Origin: Desulfobulbus propionicus DSM 2032
GTDB lineage: Bacteria > Desulfobacterota > Desulfobulbia > Desulfobulbales > Desulfobulbaceae
Reading direction: 5' to 3'
NCBI RefSeq assembly: GCF_000186885.1
Contig: NC_014972.1
Coordinates: forward strand, 2,850,001 to 2,882,000
Length of the DNA: 32,000 nt
In this document: positions 16,392 through 25,165 of the stretch, piece by piece
How the letters are laid out: every line of letters starts with the position of its first letter
How positions within the stretch are numbered: position 1 is the first letter of the stretch
Made by a program: the position numbers and the translations under genes
Notes under the pieces: model-generated
What the model saw: only the letters and a program-made list of their open reading frames with translations
The model's database searches: none
What the model was told of the DNA's origin: nothing

Positions 16392-18404
16392 ATGAAAATC
16401 AATGTACATTCCATTCAGTTCAAACTGCTGACCACCGGCTTGCTGTCGGTGCTCGTGCCCCTGCTGATCGTCGGGTACTTCTCGGTGACCAAGTCGTCCA
16501 ACGCCCTGATGGAGCTATCCAAGGAAAAGGCCCAGACCATGGCCGGCGACATGGCCCTGCTGGTCGGCAATCTGATGCACGCCGAAAAGGAGACGGTCGC
16601 GGCCCTGGGCGACGCGCAGATGCTGCGCACCAGCCTGGAAAAACTGGCGGGTGCGAGCGGCGAGGAGGCCAAGGAAATCCAGAAAGCCATGTTCACCTAC
16701 ATGCAGGGGCGCTTCAAGATACTCAATGAAAGCGGCCAGTATCAGGGCATCTACATCACCGACGCCAGCGGTCAGATCCTCACCGGCGTGCTCGACAGCG
16801 GCGAGGAGTACGGCAGGGTATCGGTGGCGGAGAACATGGACTTCAGGCAGGCCAAACAGAAGGGCGAAGCCGCCATCGGCGACATGCTCCGCTCCCAAGC
16901 CACTTCCCAGCCGGTGGTGCCCCTCGCCGCGCCGGTCCGTTCCGCCAGCACCCCGTTCCTCGGCGCGGTCGGCCTGGTGCTCAAGGCCGACTACTTCACC
17001 CGCCTGGTGGCCGAACGCAAGGTCGGCACCACCGGTTATGCCTACATGACCAACAAGGAGGGCATCATCCTGGCCCATCCCAAGGCCGAGCATGTCCTCA
17101 AGCTCGATGTCACCACCATCAAGGAAATGGCCGGCATCAACGAGCTCATGCTCTCCGGCAAGAGCGGCGTGGCCGAGTACGTGTTCACCGGCCTTGACAA
17201 GATCGCCGGCTGCGCCCCGGTGGGAGTGAACGGCTGGTCGGTGGCCGTCACCCAGAACGCGGAGGAATTCCTGCTCGCCTCGACCCGCATCCGTGACGTC
17301 ACCCTGACCGTGATCGGCGTGGCCCTGGTGCTCGTGACCCTGATCCTGATCGTGTCCATCCGCCGGATCGTGCGGCCGATCAATGCCGCCGTGGCCGGGC
17401 TCAAGGACATTGCCCAGGGCGAAGGCGATTTGACCATGCGCCTGGCGGTCGTCTCCAAGGACGAGGTCGGCGAACTGGCCACCTGGTTCAACGTCTTCAT
17501 CGACAAATTGCAGCATATCATCCGCGACGTGGCCGCCGGGGTGCACACCCTGTCCTCGTCCTCGACCGAGCTGTCCCAAATCTCCGAACAGATGAACCAG
17601 GGCTCGCAGCAGGCCTCGAACAAAGCCAACACCGTGGCCACCGCCGCCGAGGAAATGAGCGCCAACATGAACAACGTGGCCGCGGCCATGGAACAGTCGA
17701 CCACCAACACCAACATCGTGGCCACCGCCTCGGAGGAGATGTCCTCGACCATCGGCGAGATTGCCCAGCACGCGGAAAAGGCGCGGGTCATTTCCGACAA
17801 CGCCGCCAAGAAGGCCCATGACGCCACCAACAACATCAACGAACTGGGCGAATCGGCCAAGTCGATCGGCAAGGTGATCGAGACCATCACCGAAATCTCC
17901 GAGCAGGTCAACCTGCTGGCGCTCAACGCCACCATCGAGGCGGCGCGGGCCGGAGAAGCGGGCCGGGGCTTCGCGGTCGTGGCCAACGAGATCAAGGAAC
18001 TGGCCAAGCAGACCGCGGCCGCGACCTACGACATCAAGGACAAGGTCGGCTCCATCCAGGGGACCACCGCCAGGACCGTGCAGCAGATTTCCGAGATCAA
18101 CGAGGTCATCACCGATGTCAACGAGGTGGTGGGCAGCATCGCCACCGCGGTGGAGGAGCAGACCGCGGCCACGGCGGAGATCGCCAGCAACGTCAATCAG
18201 ATGGCCCAGGGGATCAACGAGGTCAACGAGAACGTCAACCAGAGCTCGGTGGTGGCCACCGAGATCGCCCGTGAAATCAGCGATGTCAGCACCATTGCCG
18301 GGGAGATGTTCACCAGCAGCTCCCAGGTGAGCACCAGCGCCCATGATCTCTCGGCCCTGGCCGAACAGCTCAACCAGATGGTCGGCCAATTCAAGACCGA
18401 GTAG
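16392..18404 (+). CDS. Methyl-accepting chemotaxis protein (dCache-type periplasmic sensor + HAMP + MA signalling domain)
   Basis: ATG 16392 follows AGGAGG. It has two TM helices flanking a Cache-like domain ([17 protein letters not shown]), a HAMP domain, and the conserved hairpin tip [35 protein letters not shown]. Confidence 0.95.
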   Translation: MKINVHSIQFKLLTTGLLSVLVPLLIVGYFSVTKSSNALMELSKEKAQTMAGDMALLVGNLMHAEKETVAALGDAQMLRTSLEKLAGASGEEAKEIQKAMFTYMQGRFKILNESGQYQGIYITDASGQILTGVLDSGEEYGRVSVAENMDFRQAKQKGEAAIGDMLRSQATSQPVVPLAAPVRSASTPFLGAVGLVLKADYFTRLVAERKVGTTGYAYMTNKEGIILAHPKAEHVLKLDVTTIKEMAGINELMLSGKSGVAEYVFTGLDKIAGCAPVGVNGWSVAVTQNAEEFLLASTRIRDVTLTVIGVALVLVTLILIVSIRRIVRPINAAVAGLKDIAQGEGDLTMRLAVVSKDEVGELATWFNVFIDKLQHIIRDVAAGVHTLSSSSTELSQISEQMNQGSQQASNKANTVATAAEEMSANMNNVAAAMEQSTTNTNIVATASEEMSSTIGEIAQHAEKARVISDNAAKKAHDATNNINELGESAKSIGKVIETITEISEQVNLLALNATIEAARAGEAGRGFAVVANEIKELAKQTAAATYDIKDKVGSIQGTTARTVQQISEINEVITDVNEVVGSIATAVEEQTAATAEIASNVNQMAQGINEVNENVNQSSVVATEIAREISDVSTIAGEMFTSSSQVSTSAHDLSALAEQLNQMVGQFKTE

Positions 18405-18474
18405 GACGGCAAGCGATGAACCAGCAACCACGGCGGTTTTGCACGCACTTGCAGCCAAACGACCGGACACGGCC

Positions 18475-20847
18475 ATGATCACCAACCTCGGCAAACGGTT
18501 CTTTGTCCCCACCCTGATCGCGATCGCGGTCGGGGTGGCGGTCATGTTGACGGCGGTGACGTTCAATGCCAAGGCGGCGCAGGAGGAATTGCGCAGACGG
18601 CTGCAACGGGAGACACTGTTGGCGGCCCGACTGATCGACAGCTGGCTGCAGGCGCAGCTGATCGACCTGACCCTCTGGTCCCGGCAGGAATCGGTGGTCA
18701 GGGCCCTGGAGGAAGGAGACACGCCCGAGGAGAACCTGCGGGCGGCTCACCGGTTTCTCGACACCCAGCGGGCCGGCCACCCGTTTTACGAAGCCTCGTT
18801 CCTCACCGATGCCCGGGGCCTGGTCATCGCCTTTGCCGCCGACCAGGCCCAGCCCCTCGCCGACCTCGAAATAGGAGATCGGGCCTATGTGCGGCAAACC
18901 TTGGAGGGCAGCCAGGTGGTGTCACCGGTTCTGGTCAGCAGACTCAGCGGCAAGCGGTCGTTCGCGATCACCGCGCCGGTCACCGCCGGCGGCCGGACGA
19001 TCGGCCTGGTTGGCGGCATGGTCGACCTGGCGACGCTTAAACGCCTGTTCATCAACGATTTCAAATTGATCCCCAACGGGTTCGCCCTGCTCGCCGACAG
19101 CAGCGGCCAAGTCATCGCCAGTTCCCGGGACAACGAGCAAACCCTGTCCCGGTTCGGCAACTTCGCCCAACGGATCACCGGCGGCGGCGAGGGCGTCTTC
19201 TCCCAGCCCATCGACAACACCGAAACCCTGACCGCCTTCCGGCGATTGCATCACGCCGACTGGTCCCTGGCGGTCAATCAGCCGCTGGACGCCTCCCTGC
19301 GGCCGTTCCTCCGGGCGGGACAGATCAGCATCGTCGCCTCCCTGGTGGTGCTGGCCGGCCTTTCCCTGGTCAGCCTCGCCCTGTTCCGCCGCCTGATCAC
19401 CCGCCGGATACGGGCCATGCTGCCGGTGATCGCCCAGGTCAAGGAGGGCGACCTGAACAGCCGCATTGCCTTGGACGACGCCCAGGAGGACGAGGTTTCG
19501 CTGGTGATCGCCTCGTTCAACGAAATGATCGGCCAGCTGCAGACAAACATCGCCGCCCTCAACAAGGAAATCCGCCTGCGCAGCGACAGCGAACAGATGC
19601 TCGCCTATCATCAGGAACATCTCGAACAGCTGGTCGCCGAGCGGAGCCGGGAGCTGGAGAGCGCGATCATCGAACGCAAACAGATGGAGGAACGGCTGGC
19701 CCGGGTGGAAAAACTGGAGCTGATCGGCACCCTGGCCGGCGGGGTTGCCCACGACCTCAACAACATCCTCTCGGGCATCATCACCTATCCGGACCTGCTG
19801 CTGCTCAAACTGCCCGATGACAGCCCGCTGGTCAAGCCGCTGCGCTCCATCAAGCTCTCCGGCGAGAAGGCGGCGGCCACCATCCAAGATCTGCTGATCC
19901 TGGCCCGGCGCGGCATCGCCACCAAGCAGCCGGTCTCGCTCAACGCCGTGGTCGAGGAGTACCTCCGTGGCCAGGAATACCAGCAACTGTGCAAGCGCCG
20001 GCCCGGACTGGAGCTGCGCGTCGACCTCGGCCCCGACCTGTCCCCCATTCTCGGCTCGCCGCTCCACCTGGCCAAGACCGTGGCCAATCTGGTGAACAAC
20101 GCCGCCGAATCGATGCCCCAGGCAGGAATCATCCACCTGGCCACCGCCAACCGGCCTATCGAGGCGCCGCTGGCCCTCTACGAACAAATCGAGCCGGGCC
20201 GTTATGTGGTGCTCGAGGTCCACGACCAGGGCGCCGCCCTTGCGCCGCATGACCTGACACGGATCTTCGAGCCCTTCCACACCAGCAAGAAAATGGGCCG
20301 GGGCGGAACCGGCCTGGGCATGGCCGTGGTCTGGGGCACGGTCAAGGACCACGATGGCTTCGTGGACTGCGAGAGCCGGGCGGATACGGGCAACCGCTTT
20401 TCCCTGTTCTTCCCCGTCACCGACGCGATGCCGCGCCCTGAGCCCCGGCAACCGGTGGCCACCATCGAAAGTCCCGGCCCACACGAGCGGGTGCTGATCG
20501 TCGATGACTCTGCGGAGCAGCGCGAGCTCGTCCTGGTCACCCTCAAGGAACTAGGCTACACCGCCGTGGCGGCCGCCAGCGGCGAACAGGGGATGGAACT
20601 GCTCAAACAGGACCGGTTCGATCTCGTCCTGCTCGACATGATCCTCGGGCAGGGCATGGACGGCCTGGACACCTACCGGCAGATCCTGGCCCATGCGCCC
20701 GAGCAGAAGGTGCTCATCGTCAGCGGCTATGCCGAAAACCAGCGGATCGCCGAAGCCTTGCGGCTCGGAGCGCGGGGCTATGTGAAAAAACCCTACACGG
20801 TGGTCGAACTGGCCCAGGCCATGCGCCGGGCTCTCGCGCACCCCTGA
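18475..20847 (+). CDS. Hybrid sensor histidine kinase (dCache-like periplasmic domain, HAMP, HisKA, HATPase_c, C-terminal REC; no Hpt)
   Basis: I prefer ATG 18475 (MITNLGKRFFVPTLIAIAVGV...). It has the H-box GGVAHDLNNILSGI, the N-box NLVNNAAESM, GTGLGMAVV, and a REC domain with DLVLLDM...YVKKP. Confidence 0.9.
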   Translation: MITNLGKRFFVPTLIAIAVGVAVMLTAVTFNAKAAQEELRRRLQRETLLAARLIDSWLQAQLIDLTLWSRQESVVRALEEGDTPEENLRAAHRFLDTQRAGHPFYEASFLTDARGLVIAFAADQAQPLADLEIGDRAYVRQTLEGSQVVSPVLVSRLSGKRSFAITAPVTAGGRTIGLVGGMVDLATLKRLFINDFKLIPNGFALLADSSGQVIASSRDNEQTLSRFGNFAQRITGGGEGVFSQPIDNTETLTAFRRLHHADWSLAVNQPLDASLRPFLRAGQISIVASLVVLAGLSLVSLALFRRLITRRIRAMLPVIAQVKEGDLNSRIALDDAQEDEVSLVIASFNEMIGQLQTNIAALNKEIRLRSDSEQMLAYHQEHLEQLVAERSRELESAIIERKQMEERLARVEKLELIGTLAGGVAHDLNNILSGIITYPDLLLLKLPDDSPLVKPLRSIKLSGEKAAATIQDLLILARRGIATKQPVSLNAVVEEYLRGQEYQQLCKRRPGLELRVDLGPDLSPILGSPLHLAKTVANLVNNAAESMPQAGIIHLATANRPIEAPLALYEQIEPGRYVVLEVHDQGAALAPHDLTRIFEPFHTSKKMGRGGTGLGMAVVWGTVKDHDGFVDCESRADTGNRFSLFFPVTDAMPRPEPRQPVATIESPGPHERVLIVDDSAEQRELVLVTLKELGYTAVAAASGEQGMELLKQDRFDLVLLDMILGQGMDGLDTYRQILAHAPEQKVLIVSGYAENQRIAEALRLGARGYVKKPYTVVELAQAMRRALAHP

Positions 20848-20888
20848 GCGGGGTCGGCCATCGGATAACTGCTCATCGTGACAAGCTG

Positions 20889-20917
20889 TTGGAAGAAATG
20901 ATGCAATCAGGTACGAT
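20889..20917 (+). promoter_or_regulatory. Candidate sigma-70 promoter upstream of the CHASE4 hybrid kinase
   Basis: TTGGAA-N17-TACGAT lies in the less GC-rich part of the 199-bp gap. This is a motif match only. Confidence 0.25.
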
Positions 20918-21046
20918 CACCACCAAAAGCAGCCCGGCAGGCACAGGCGGCCGCGCGTTCCAGGCCAAACCGGCGGACCGCCATGGACAGGCGGCAAGCG
21001 GACCGGTATCGCCCCCCACTCCACTCTTCCCTTGGGTTGTGCGCCT

Positions 21047-24001
21047 ATGAACCCCACCCATCCCGGCATTCTCGCCAAGACCCTGTTGCTCATCAGCCTG
21101 TCGGTCTGCGGCCTCACGGCCGGCTTCATCGCCTTTTCCTACGGCCTGGTGGTCGACCGCTTCCAGAGCCTGGAGAGCGAGGAAACCTCGGTCAACCTCG
21201 AACGGGTGGTCAGAGAACTGGAAAACAAGCTCTACCGGGTCGAATCCTCGGTGTCCGATTGGGCGCCCTGGGACGAGACCGCCGTGTTCATCCAGCAGCT
21301 CAACGACGACTACAAGGACAAAAACCTTCGGCCGGACCCCTTCCAGACCCTGGACCTCAACTTCATGCTCTTTTTCAACGCCGCCGGCTCCCTGGTGCAC
21401 AGCCAGTTCCACAACCTGGACACGGGGCAGGCCGCTGCCAGCGACCCGGCGGTGATCCAAGCCATCCAGGCACTGCCCCCGCTGTTCCGCCACGCCTCGG
21501 CCAAGGACCAGACATCCGGCATGGTGGTCACCCCCACCGGTATGGCCCTGGTGGCCTCAGCGCCGATCGTCACCAGCACCTTCGAAGGCCCCATCCTCGG
21601 CACCCTGGTGTTCGGCCGCTACCTTGACAAACAGGTCGTGGCCCAGATCAGTGCCCAGACCCAGTTGGCTGTCCGGACACATGCCCCGCTGATCCACCAG
21701 CAGCTGTTCACCGAGGCCGCCGTCCGCCCACCGCACGCCCCCCTGAGCCGCCAGTTTGCCGTGCGCGTGGCCGATGGCGGCACCGTCAACGGCTACGCGC
21801 TGATCAACGACCTGGCGGACCGGCCCGGACTGGTGTTTGAAATCGCCCAGGAACGGAAGCTCTTTCGCCAGGGCGTGACCATGTGGCGGCAGCATGCGCT
21901 GTTCTCGCTCCTGCTTGGCCTGGTGTTCATCCTTGTCCTGGTGGTGCTGCTGAACAGGGGGATCCTGCGGCACCTGACCCGCCTGACCAGCGAAGTGGGC
22001 GCCATCGCCGTCAGCGGCCGCCACGACGGCCGGGTCACGGTGAGCAGCCAGGACGAAATCGGCGAGCTCGCCATCCAGATCAACACCATGCTGGAATCGC
22101 TGCATTGGCTGCAGCGGCAGCGCGAGGACAACGAACGGCACCTGCAGACCATCATCGATTCGATTCACTGCGGGATCATGATCGTCGATGCCGAAAACCG
22201 CCACATCCTGTCGATCAACAGGACCGGGGCCGCCATGCTCAACCGTTCGCCCGAGGCGGTGATCGGCCAGGTCTGCCATCAGTTTGCCTGTCCGCAGCAG
22301 CAGCACGACTGCCCGGTGCTGGATAGGGGCGAGCAGGTTGACCTGAGCGAGCGCAGCCTGCTGCGCGCCGACAACAGTCTGTTGCCGGTGCTCAAGAGCG
22401 TGGCGGTGATCGAGAAGGAGGGCCGCCAGCTGCTGATCGAAAGCTTCATCGACATCAGCGGCCTGAAGCAGGTGCAAGAGAAACTGCGAATCAACGAGCT
22501 GAAATATCGACAATTTTTCGAGGATGACCTGACCGGCAAGTTCCTCGGCGACATCGATGGTCAGATTCTCGACTGCAACCGGGCCTTTGCCGAAATGCTC
22601 GGCTACCAGGAGGTGAATGAAGTCAAGGGCGTCAGCTTCCGCCAGCATTATTTCATCGCCGGCAACCGCGCCGACAAGCTGCAACGCCTGACCAAGAGCG
22701 GGAAACTGATACGCGACGAGGAAATTCTCCGCCACCGCGACGGCTCGCCGATCTACTGTATCGGCAACATCGTCGGCGAATTCGACGAACAGGGGCAGTT
22801 GATCCACATCCGGGGATATGTCATGGACGACACCAAACGGGTGCTGCTTGAACAGGAGGTCCGCCAAGCGCAGAAGCTGGAGGCCATCGGCACCATGGCC
22901 GGCGGCATCGCCCATGATTTCAACAACATTCTCGCCGGGATCATGGGCTATGCCGAACTGATCCTCCGCGACCTCGAGCAACAGCCGCAGGCCCGCCACC
23001 AGCAGCTGCTGCGCAATATCCTCTCGGCCGGAGAACGGGCCAGGGCCCTGATCCACAAGATTCTCACCTTCAGCCGGCAGGCGGAAAGCGAACCGCAGCC
23101 GATCCGGCTGCAACAGACGATCGACGATGCGGTCGACCTGATCCGCGCCAGCCTGCCGAGCACCATCGCCATCGAACATCGTTCCGATTCCCGGGCCACG
23201 GTTCTGGCCGACCCGATTCAGATCCACCAGGTGTTCATGAACCTGTGCACCAACGCCGGCCATGCGATGAAGGAGAGCGGCGGCACCCTGACCATCAGCC
23301 TGGAGGACGTGACCCTCGACAGCCAATTCACCAGCGACCACCCGGAACTGCGGCCCGGCGAATATGTGCGGGTCGAGGTCAGCGACAGCGGCGAGGGCAT
23401 CCCGGAGCATCTGCTCGGCCGCATTTTCGATCCATTCTTCACCACCAAGAAGAAAGGAGAAGGCACCGGCCTGGGCCTGGCGATGGTGCACGGCATCGTC
23501 AGCTCGATGCACGGCCTGATCCAGGTTGCCTCCCAGCCCGGACAGGGCACCCGGTTCACCATTCATCTGCCGATCGTCCAGGAAACCGGGGACAAGGCGC
23601 CAGCCGCTCCCCAGACCGTGCCCACGGGCAGCGAGCACGTGGTCTATGTCGATGACGAGGAATTTCTGGTGGACATCGGCACCGAGATTCTGCGCGGCTT
23701 GGGCTATCTGGTGACCGGGTTCACCGACAGCGACCTGGCGCTTGGATATCTGCTCGCCCACGAGGGCGAGGTGGATCTGGTGATTTCGGACATGACCATG
23801 CCCAAACTCACCGGTCTGGACCTGGCCCGCAACCTGCAAGAACTCGACGCTCCGCCGCCGGTGATCATCTGCACCGGCCACAACGAGGGCATGACCACGA
23901 CCGATCTCGCCCCCTTGGGCGTGCGCGAGATGCTGCTCAAGCCGATCACGGTCAACAAGCTGGCGGAGGCGGTCCGCCGGGTGCTGGACGCCGGGGCGTA
24001 A
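21047..24001 (+). CDS. Hybrid sensor histidine kinase (CHASE4-like periplasmic domain, HAMP, two PAS, HisKA, HATPase_c, REC; no Hpt)
   Basis: ATG 21047. It has a CHASE4-like segment (VSDWAPWDETAVFIQ), HAMP, two PAS domains, the H-box GGIAHDFNNILAGI, DSGEGIP...FDPFFTTKKKGEGTGLGLAMV, and a REC domain with DLVISDMTMP...LLKP. Confidence 0.9.
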   Translation: MNPTHPGILAKTLLLISLSVCGLTAGFIAFSYGLVVDRFQSLESEETSVNLERVVRELENKLYRVESSVSDWAPWDETAVFIQQLNDDYKDKNLRPDPFQTLDLNFMLFFNAAGSLVHSQFHNLDTGQAAASDPAVIQAIQALPPLFRHASAKDQTSGMVVTPTGMALVASAPIVTSTFEGPILGTLVFGRYLDKQVVAQISAQTQLAVRTHAPLIHQQLFTEAAVRPPHAPLSRQFAVRVADGGTVNGYALINDLADRPGLVFEIAQERKLFRQGVTMWRQHALFSLLLGLVFILVLVVLLNRGILRHLTRLTSEVGAIAVSGRHDGRVTVSSQDEIGELAIQINTMLESLHWLQRQREDNERHLQTIIDSIHCGIMIVDAENRHILSINRTGAAMLNRSPEAVIGQVCHQFACPQQQHDCPVLDRGEQVDLSERSLLRADNSLLPVLKSVAVIEKEGRQLLIESFIDISGLKQVQEKLRINELKYRQFFEDDLTGKFLGDIDGQILDCNRAFAEMLGYQEVNEVKGVSFRQHYFIAGNRADKLQRLTKSGKLIRDEEILRHRDGSPIYCIGNIVGEFDEQGQLIHIRGYVMDDTKRVLLEQEVRQAQKLEAIGTMAGGIAHDFNNILAGIMGYAELILRDLEQQPQARHQQLLRNILSAGERARALIHKILTFSRQAESEPQPIRLQQTIDDAVDLIRASLPSTIAIEHRSDSRATVLADPIQIHQVFMNLCTNAGHAMKESGGTLTISLEDVTLDSQFTSDHPELRPGEYVRVEVSDSGEGIPEHLLGRIFDPFFTTKKKGEGTGLGLAMVHGIVSSMHGLIQVASQPGQGTRFTIHLPIVQETGDKAPAAPQTVPTGSEHVVYVDDEEFLVDIGTEILRGLGYLVTGFTDSDLALGYLLAHEGEVDLVISDMTMPKLTGLDLARNLQELDAPPPVIICTGHNEGMTTTDLAPLGVREMLLKPITVNKLAEAVRRVLDAGA

Positions 24002-24061
24002 GAATCATCACCCGCGCCTGACCGAGCCTCCGGCAGGCCGATATTCAAGGAGAACAAGCCC

Positions 24062-25165
24062 ATGCTGTTGTCCCGCTGGATCCTCCATTGCTGTGTGCTG
24101 GCGCTGTGCGGCTGTCTCGCGGCCGGCTGCCGGCCAGACGACCCCCAGCCGTCCTCGGCGCCCCCCCGCCTGGCCCGGGAACTGGCGTTGTACAACTGGC
24201 CCGATGATATCCCCCGGTCGGTGCTGGAGGCCTTCACCCGGGAATTCGGGGTCAAGGTGGTCTATCAGACCTTCCAATCCCAGGAAGAAGCGGTGGCCGC
24301 GCTCCTCGACGGCAAGGTGTATGACGTGGCGGTGCTGGAAAATCCGTTCATTCCCCCTCTGGTGGCGGCCAACCGCCTCAAGGAGCTCAATTTCCGCCAC
24401 ATCCCCAATTTTCGCAACATCTCGGCCAATTTCCGCGATCTGGCCGCCGATCCGGGCAACCGCTACACCGTGCCCTATCATTACGGCACCACCGGCCTGC
24501 TGGTCCGCACCGATCTCGTTGGCCAGACGGTGCGCCGCTGGAGTGATCTGTGGCAGCCGCGCCTCCAGGGCAAGGTGGCCATGCGCGCCCAAAGCAGGGA
24601 ACTGCTCGGCCTGACCCTGCTTTCCCTCGGATACAGTCTGAATTCGGAGAAACCGAGCGAGATCGATGCCGCCGTGGAACGGTTGATCGCCCTGAAACCC
24701 CAGGTCCGCTGGGTCGAGGTCGACACGCCCAAGGCGGTGGCCAAACTGCTCGACGGCTCCGCCCCTGTTCTCCTGGGCTGGCCCATGGATTATCAGGTGG
24801 CCCATGCGGCCAACCCGGCGGTGGCCTACATCCTGCCCGAGGAAGGAACCGCCCTGTGGAGTGACAACTATGTGATCCCGGCCAGCAGCCCCAACGTCTA
24901 CACCGCCGAGGTGTTCATCAATTTTCTGCTCCGCCCCGAGATCAGCGCCCAGATCGTCAACGAGCGCAGCTATCCCACGGCCAACGAGGCCGCCCTGGAC
25001 CTGATCAAGCCCGAGGTGCGCAACGATCCGGTCATTTTCCCGCCGGCCGAGGCGCTGCGGCGGGCCCATTTTTATCGCCCCCTGAGCCGGGAAGGAGAAA
25101 CCCTCTACCAGCGAGCCTGGGATCGTTTCCTCGCCGCGCCTCCGGCCCTGGACGGGCAGCCATGA
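24062..25165 (+). CDS. PotD/PotF-like periplasmic polyamine-type substrate-binding protein (probable lipoprotein), with no transporter genes adjacent
   Basis: SD AAGGAG. The N-terminus is hydrophobic and Cys-containing (LALCGCLAAGC). The protein is co-linear with E. coli PotD as I remember it: LYNWPDDIP vs FYNWTEYVP, TVPYHYGTTGL vs SIPYIWGATAI, ALWSDNYVIPA vs IFWMDSLAIPA, FINFLLRPEISAQ vs LINFLLRPDVAKQ. Confidence 0.85.
   Translation: MLLSRWILHCCVLALCGCLAAGCRPDDPQPSSAPPRLARELALYNWPDDIPRSVLEAFTREFGVKVVYQTFQSQEEAVAALLDGKVYDVAVLENPFIPPLVAANRLKELNFRHIPNFRNISANFRDLAADPGNRYTVPYHYGTTGLLVRTDLVGQTVRRWSDLWQPRLQGKVAMRAQSRELLGLTLLSLGYSLNSEKPSEIDAAVERLIALKPQVRWVEVDTPKAVAKLLDGSAPVLLGWPMDYQVAHAANPAVAYILPEEGTALWSDNYVIPASSPNVYTAEVFINFLLRPEISAQIVNERSYPTANEAALDLIKPEVRNDPVIFPPAEALRRAHFYRPLSREGETLYQRAWDRFLAAPPALDGQP

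Noticed and set aside
18439-18453. Sigma-54-like TTGCAC-GCAC-TTGCA between the MCP and the dCache kinase.
   Set aside because: The -24 GG is TG and the spacing is one nucleotide short, so it is unlikely to be functional. The kinase is more likely co-transcribed with the MCP.
20224-20238. The G1 box of the dCache hybrid kinase reads D-Q-G-A-A instead of DxGxG, a possible pseudokinase.
   Set aside because: The Asp and first Gly are present, and the H, N and G2 boxes are normal (GTGLGM). A Gly-to-Ala change alone does not justify calling it inactive.
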